The position numbers were made by a program, and so were the translations under genes. Shown here piece after piece: positions 37,701 to 41,710 of a stretch of DNA of 41,710 bases (positions within the stretch are counted from its first letter, which is position 1; each line of letters opens with the position of its first letter). Under the pieces are notes generated by a model. The model had not been told where the DNA came from. It saw only the letters and a program-made list of their open reading frames with translations, and made no database searches. Source of the stretch: Intoshia linei (lineage: Eukaryota; Animalia; Orthonectida); contig LWCA01000192.1 of the NCBI GenBank assembly GCA_001642005.1, positions 1-41,710 of the forward strand, written 5' to 3'.

Positions 37701-40571
37701 TTGTTTTTAATGCCATAATTTGACCTTTTTCAAAATCAGTTAAAAATACAACAAGCGTACTTTTTAATTCCTTTTTTAATAGAAATGAAATATTCATTAA
37801 AATTAATGTTAATAGACCAAAAAATAATATAAATCGGGGTGTCCTATGTTTATTGCGCGCAATGTATATTAAAAATATGTATAAATATAATAATATGTAT
37901 AAAATGGTTTTAATATGTGTTGTTACGATTCTAAGGAATCGTAAATCACTGAAATCGCTCGATGTTAGGAACCCGGAATCAGTAAAAAAATAACGCTTAC
38001 GTTTCTTTGGGAAATACGATAGTAATTAGTTTAAAAAAACTAAGTTTTTTTAAAATTAGATAAACTTGCTCAATATTATTTTTTTAATTTATTATGTATT
38101 TATATCATAAATAGTACATAACTTGGCATATAATGAGGAATTAAATTACATACTATTATAATTATGTATATATAATAAATAATATATATAAATAATAATT
38201 ATGTTATTATCTTATATATAAAATGAAGAGCTTTTTTTCCTGTCTAATGTATATACTATCTACAATGTATATTATACATACAATTATATTATTTTTATAA
38301 GTATACTATAAAATTTTTATTGTTAAAATACCATATAGTGCGTAATTTTTAAACTTATTTTATACATATAGTGGATCCACTATTAACCGCTGATTCCGTT
38401 ATTCACTAAAAAAACTAGTACTTTTGATTTTTAGTTTTTTTGTATAAAATTTTTACTTTTAATTTTTATTTTTTTTATATAAAACCTCCGTTATTCGCCA
38501 GTTTCCACTGTTCGATAAAAAATTTTTCAAATTAATCGAAAAAATAAAATAAATTGTATTTGCAAACCGCGAGTATATAGAAAAAATGTTAATATATCAT
38601 GATCTTTAAATTTGAAGAATTATATAACTTGTGATATGTGAATAAAATACCGTTTTCACTATTAACAACAGTAAAATTCATCTTTATAATGATATAAATA
38701 TGTATACTAAATTGATAAACATTTTCATAAAAACTGGGTCTATTATTCTCCAAAAATTGTGCATCCAGATTTAGGCAAATTCTGAAGGCTTCACTAAACA
38801 GACTAATTCGTCAATAATTATCTATAGTCTCTATATCAGTGCTTCCCAAACTATTTATGTTCATGGCGCAAAAAAATAAGTAAAAAATTGCGGCGCACTG
38901 TATACATTGCCTATATTTCTATCTTTAAAAATGTGTATTATCACAGTTGTTCTCAAACGTTTTTAATAAGGGTTCCCGTCAAATGCAATAATTATTAATT
39001 TTTTTATGATGAAAATTTTGAAAGATGATAATAATTACCGAAAAAAAATATTTTACACTTTGTTTTAGTGTATTTATAAAACGTATGTACTTTATGCATT
39101 AAAATTTAATGATTAGATAGACATTTTTATAATTTTAAATTATAGATCGTTAAAATAAATAATCAAAATTTAAAAAAAAACACAGATTCAGGTGCCGGCG
39201 CACCATTTGGAAGCACTGCTCCATATATACATATATACTGTATACTTTATAATATAGTACAGAGTTTATATTATATAATTATAATTTATATACGTTTTAT
39301 TTAGGATTAGGTATTTTATTTATTTTAAATAAATTCTCATACAATTGACAATCATCTTATATGTAGTTAGTAATTAAAAATATGTTACAATTTATTATAC
39401 GTTTTTAAAAAAAATGTAATTACATTGGACTACGATTATGTCAATGTACCATGAATTGAAATTGAATTTGAATGAGCCATTAAAAAATGGTTATGTGCTG
39501 GAAATCAATTTAAATCGTTTTCCATTTGGCAAAACGTTTTAAAAGTGATTATACTGTGTAAATTTTAAAGGAAGCTTTTGTAAGTTTTCACATATAAATA
39601 AATTTTTTATTTTGGGGTGTTTACCTGCACAAATAATCGTCAACTAAACATATTTTTCAAGTAACTTTCTATGAAAGAGGAGGGAATATCAATTTAATTG
39701 AATTAAGATTGCATAAAATAAAAATCGACTGTCAAAGGTTTATTTTTCATTTTTTTCGTAGTCTTTTGGAGAAATTTGATATTATATTTCTGTATTATAG
39801 TTAGTAATTTAATATATTTTAAAATTAATAACATTAGTATGTAACTAAATTATAATATTATATTTATATTATATTTATTATTATTATAAATGTAGATGGT
39901 TATTAAATTAATATTTATAATAATATTTATTTATGAAAAATGATAATAATCAAAAACAGTTGGTATATTATTTATGTTAACAGATTTAATTATGTATTAC
40001 AATTTATAATTATAATTAAAAAAGTATCACTGTCAAGTTACACCTTTCATGATTAAACATTCTGTTCATCATTATTCATTATACCCTACCATAAAAAATA
40101 GCACAATTAAAATTTTTATTATATTCAAATTTAGAAAATTTAACATATTATTAAGATTTCATGATTAAATAAAAATTCAACCTTTGAACTTTCGGAACAT
40201 AAAAAAATATAATTTAATTATAAATATATAAAAATATTATTTAATTAACTAAAATTATGAATAAATCTGTATTATATTGAATATGTAAATATGTATTAAG
40301 TTTCTAGAAATTTTATAACATATACGTATAAAAAATTACATTTTTAAAGGAAGTAATAAAAACTATAATTATAAATTATTTAAAATATACCAGACAAGTT
40401 TTATTTTTAAATATTAGTATGTAAATTGCTCAATTTCATTTAATGATATATTAATATTATATGTGAAAATACTTTTAGTCAGTAATATTTTGTTTATATT
40501 ATTATATTATATTATAATATAAATATTTACTTATAAGTTTTGGATATATCATAATAATTATTAAATAGTTT
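5155..40571 (+). CDS. Putative micro-exon gene (~105 symmetric phase-1 exons of 3/6/9/15 nt) encoding a multi-hydrophobic-segment protein of unknown family; 5' and 3' ends not defined
   Basis: Repeated (t/c/a)ag-NNN-gta(a) motifs on the + strand with AT-rich upstream tracts. The concatenation of ~468 nt is open in phase 1 and has stops in phases 0 and 2. The product has alternating hydrophobic and charged blocks. Confidence 0.8.
6330..6639 (+). repeat. 3' fragment of Helitron-like dispersed family
   Basis: Shares ttagattttcaacgtgaatttatttt...ctcggcagagctagg...acagtcaacctagt with the other copies; has an internal partial duplication. Confidence 0.65.
7251..8009 (+). mobile_element. Internally deleted hAT transposon with C-terminal dimerisation-domain ORF (7536-7832)
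   Basis: TIR tagtgcgaccata / tatggtcgcacta; flanking direct repeat gtttata(t); ORF motif CSNTYIERVFS..W...KSNLSLKTL. Confidence 0.85.
9640..10270 (+). repeat. Copy of Helitron-like dispersed family
   Basis: Collinear with 10880-11461 and with the reverse complement of 20013-21090; ends tcaacctagt. Confidence 0.7.
10880..11461 (+). repeat. Copy of Helitron-like dispersed family
   Basis: Ends in the hairpin ctaggtgctgtttgtac-gta-gtacataacagtcaacctag followed by T; no TIR or TSD seen. Confidence 0.7.
11752..18542 (+). CDS. Micro-exon block 2 (NKNIFLIFITIAMAKFN)
   Basis: 3-nt exons: 11752 ATA, 12785 AGA, 14289 ACA, 14435 TTT, 15242 TCC, 15343 TTA, 15480 TTT, 16343 TCA, 16414 TAA, 16559 CGA, 16656 TAG, 16756 CTA, 17261 TGG, 18131 CCA, 18232 AAT, 18349 TTA, 18540 ATT. 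Confidence 0.7.
12043..12716. mobile_element. hAT MITE
   Basis: TIR caggcgtgtcaaact / agtttgacatgactg; subterminal gcggccc motifs; TSD ctgtacat/ctgtaaat. Confidence 0.8.
15594..16109. mobile_element. Tc1/mariner-pogo type MITE
   Basis: TIR cagtagaatctccttaat / attaaagagattctactg with TA on both sides. Confidence 0.8.
16117..16257. mobile_element. Small foldback MITE
   Basis: ~40-bp inverted repeat agaaaaatacgtactatcacttttagtttatttgg / ccaaataaactaaaattgatagtacgtattttttct; a related terminus lies at ~14957. Confidence 0.65.
17316..18100 (+). mobile_element. Deleted IS630/Tc1/mariner element with DDE C-terminal fragment (17553-17801)
   Basis: TIR tagtgttttacgatctttcaagtcat / atgacttgaaagatcgtaaaattcta, TA TSD; motif YLPPYSPFLNPIDDVFSVWK. 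Confidence 0.88.
19200..19945 (+). pseudogene. piggyBac-type transposase relic
   Basis: Motifs YRMYWS, MTRDRFEDIKKYLHF, DRLYKI, FDNYFNS, GTMRKNR (~19808) and KWHDN (~19927), interrupted by stops and frameshifts. Confidence 0.88.
20013..21090 (-). repeat. Longest copy of Helitron-like family (reverse orientation)
   Basis: Begins actaggttgac (reverse complement of gtcaacctagt). It contains segments matching ~500-870, ~5530-5930, ~28760-29165 and ~32960-33360. Confidence 0.7.
21277..24899 (+). CDS. Micro-exon block 3 (YPIHDT[NVEVV]IIRVMFAV[VKY]AA)
   Basis: 21277 ATCCGA, 21404 TTCATG, 21912 ATA, 21997 CCA, [22770 15 nt, uncertain], 22910 TAA, 23158 TTC, 23338 GAG, 23433 TTA, 23526 TGT, 23661 TTG, 23733 CTG, 23800 TTG, [24389 9 nt, uncertain], 24761 CTG, 24897 CTT. 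Confidence 0.7.
25025..25642 (+). mobile_element. Non-autonomous hAT element
   Basis: TIR tagagtgtttaactt / aagttgaacacacta; TSD gtctatac/atctatac; remnant ASVERLFSA at ~25190. Confidence 0.8.
26056..28582 (+). CDS. Micro-exon block 4 (YDVFYNDRKHIELAYFAFEIMTSIKKK)
   Basis: 26056 ACG, 26150 ATG, 26228 TGT, 26315 TTTATA, 26385 ACG, 26468 ACAGAAAAC, 26532 ATA, 26581 TTG, 26654 AAC, 26739 TTG, 26787 CAT, 27176 ACT, 27233 TTG, 27306 CAT, 27416 TTG, 27480 AAATTATGA, 27960 CTA, 28102 GCA, 28222 TAA, 28503 AAAAGA, 28580 AAA. Confidence 0.8.
26844..27107. mobile_element. Degenerate hAT-like MITE
   Basis: Imperfect TIR cagggtggtccaaa / tttggatcactg; TSD unclear. Confidence 0.45.
28743..28757. other. 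Assembly gap (N run) after poly-A
   Basis: Run of n; additional micro-exons could be missing here. Confidence 0.99.
29193..34072 (+). CDS. Micro-exon block 5 (IAYVVFFAFVIEEILKIIQKILTKVDDNKVENLENESWDNEEINENIILIN)
   Basis: 29193 TCG, 29259 CTT, 29297 ATG, 29355 TCGTGT, 29444 TCT, 29709 TTG, 29773 CTT, 29872 TTG, 29959 TGA, 30078 TCG, 30186 AAG, 30472 AAATTT, 30788 TGAAGATAA, 30952 TTCAAA; 15-nt exons at 31017 and 31072; 31279 TAG; 15-nt exons at 32461, 32537, 33500 and 33943; 34070 ACT. Confidence 0.8.
31324..32369. mobile_element. hAT non-autonomous element
   Basis: TIR cagtgtttcccaa / ttgggaaacactg; partial TSD gttta. Confidence 0.7.
36336..40571 (+). CDS. Micro-exon block 6 (FKIIMRLVRSFFIYVGIFI)
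   Basis: 36336 TCA, 36394 AAA, 36448 TAA (weak donor), 36489 TTA, 38339 TGC, 39305 GATTAG, 39367 TTA, 39571 GAAGCTTTT, 39801 TTA, 39838 TAT, 39896 ATG, 39960 TTG, 40350 GAA, 40418 TAT, 40479 TCA, 40569 TTT. Confidence 0.72.
36545..37864 (-). mobile_element. Near full-length Tc1 (DD34E) transposon, transposase disrupted
   Basis: ~115-bp TIRs beginning cagtgcgcgtaataaacatagga, TA TSD. ORF 37345-37797 has HTH and GRPKKLT; VIFSD and VWGAFS lie between the ORFs; ORF 36719-37162 has QQDNAPIH..SPDLNPIENLW, with 34 residues between D and E. Frameshifts and one stop are present. Confidence 0.95.
38837..39218. mobile_element. hAT MITE
   Basis: TIR cagtgcttcccaaa / tttggaagcactg; TSD ctctatat/ctccatat. 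Confidence 0.8.
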
Positions 40572-41710
40572 GTAAATAATTAATTTTTAATACAGTCGAA
40601 TCTCTCTATACCACTAGTGTCAATTATGCGGCCGCAATTATGGAATGTGCGTTATAACAAAATTTTTAACTCATATTTCTTTTTTAAAATATTTTTAACG
40701 ATTTATTTATTACTGATTAAAATTCTATTATTATTTATGCACGTATTCCATTATTGGTTTTTATTTCATTTTATTAATTAATTAAAACTGTTAGTTTTAT
40801 AATGATTTGAGTAAAGATATTTTTTGTGCGGCCAGCGTAATACTTTTTTTGTCACATTTAGCCCGCCAAGCAAATTGGGTCTAACACCCAGATCTGTACT
40901 AAAGGGCATATCATTGAAATACACTGTACGTTTAGGATGAAATTTAATTTTCATTTTCATAGTGTTTCTATATAAAAAGTACTATTGGAAGTTTTCTTTA
41001 TTTTAAATACATCACTTATGTATGAAATTATCATTGATTTTTAAAAAATTAAGATTTTTACATAATTAATTTTAATTTTTTGTTTTTTTAAGTTACTTTG
41101 TACTAGGGCAAAAAGTGTTAAATTATAAAGCAATCCTTACATCAATTTGGTAACAGATATAATATTCAAATTTCCCTTTAAAATGTGGTATGAAATTACT
41201 TATATAAATGATCATATCTGCTAAATTATATGCAATTCATAACATGCATTGAATAAAATATTTTAATAATGTAAATAGCCAGAATTCAAGAAATTAAATC
41301 GTTAATAAAATCCAAAAAATTGAGCTAGAAACAAATTTTAAAAAATAAACTATATAACTAAATATGAACAATAATATTATAAAGTCGGTACCACGTTTAA
41401 AAGCTCAAACGATAATTTACGTTAAAATAAAGTTCAGTTTAAATTTATCCATAATATTTTTAAAGTGATATTTAAAATGACAAACGCAACTCGAATAGAT
41501 AGCTGTTATGTTCTGGGTCCTTGAAGGTCTCCAATCGTTAGCGAAACTATTTTTTATAATTTAAGTTAAGCTTTTAATACAAAATTATAAAGTGAGCGAG
41601 TTGTCTGCTCACTTTAACAACTATAACAACTAAACTGGTACAACACTACAATAGCTTTAAATGTTTTTGATTGCGAATTAGTTTTTTTATTTTAAAAATA
41701 CACACTTTTA

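Noticed and set aside
33609-39253. Further weak candidates (33609 ATGACGAATTCG, 35941 TCTTCG, 39248 TACAGA)
   Set aside because: Frame-compatible but with atypical donors or repeat-like context; cannot be decided without RNA data.
4343-40960. Short ORF-track entries (4343, 4680, 9239, 10850, 17994, 20176, 22372, 24136, 24535, 31343, 34944, 35104, 40778)
   Set aside because: 60-86 aa, rich in I/F/L/K/N as expected from AT-rich non-coding or repeat DNA, with no recognisable motifs.

Overview
Very AT-rich eukaryotic (probably invertebrate) DNA, with no long ORFs and many decayed DNA transposons (hAT, Tc1/mariner, piggyBac, MITEs, and a Helitron-like family). The main result is invisible to the ORF track. 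The + strand carries about 105 putative micro-exons with canonical splice sites (ag|exon|gt): about 81 of 3 nt, 11 of 6 nt, 6 of 9 nt and 7 of 15 nt, spread over 5155-40571. Joined in genomic order they give about 155 codons that are open only in intron phase 1: APMFIFLVSFTIFLIYENKNIFLIFITIAMAKFNYPIHDT(NVEVV)IIRVMFAV(VKY)AAYDVFYNDRKHIELAYFAFEIMTSIKKKIAYVVFFAFVIEEILKIIQKILTKVDDNKVENLENESWDNEEINENIILINFKIIMRLVRSFFIYVGIFI (bracketed parts uncertain). This looks like an extreme 'one exon per amino acid' micro-exon gene for a hydrophobic, membrane-associated protein, with the transposons sitting in its introns. The exons were picked by eye and there is no transcript evidence, so individual exon calls are provisional.
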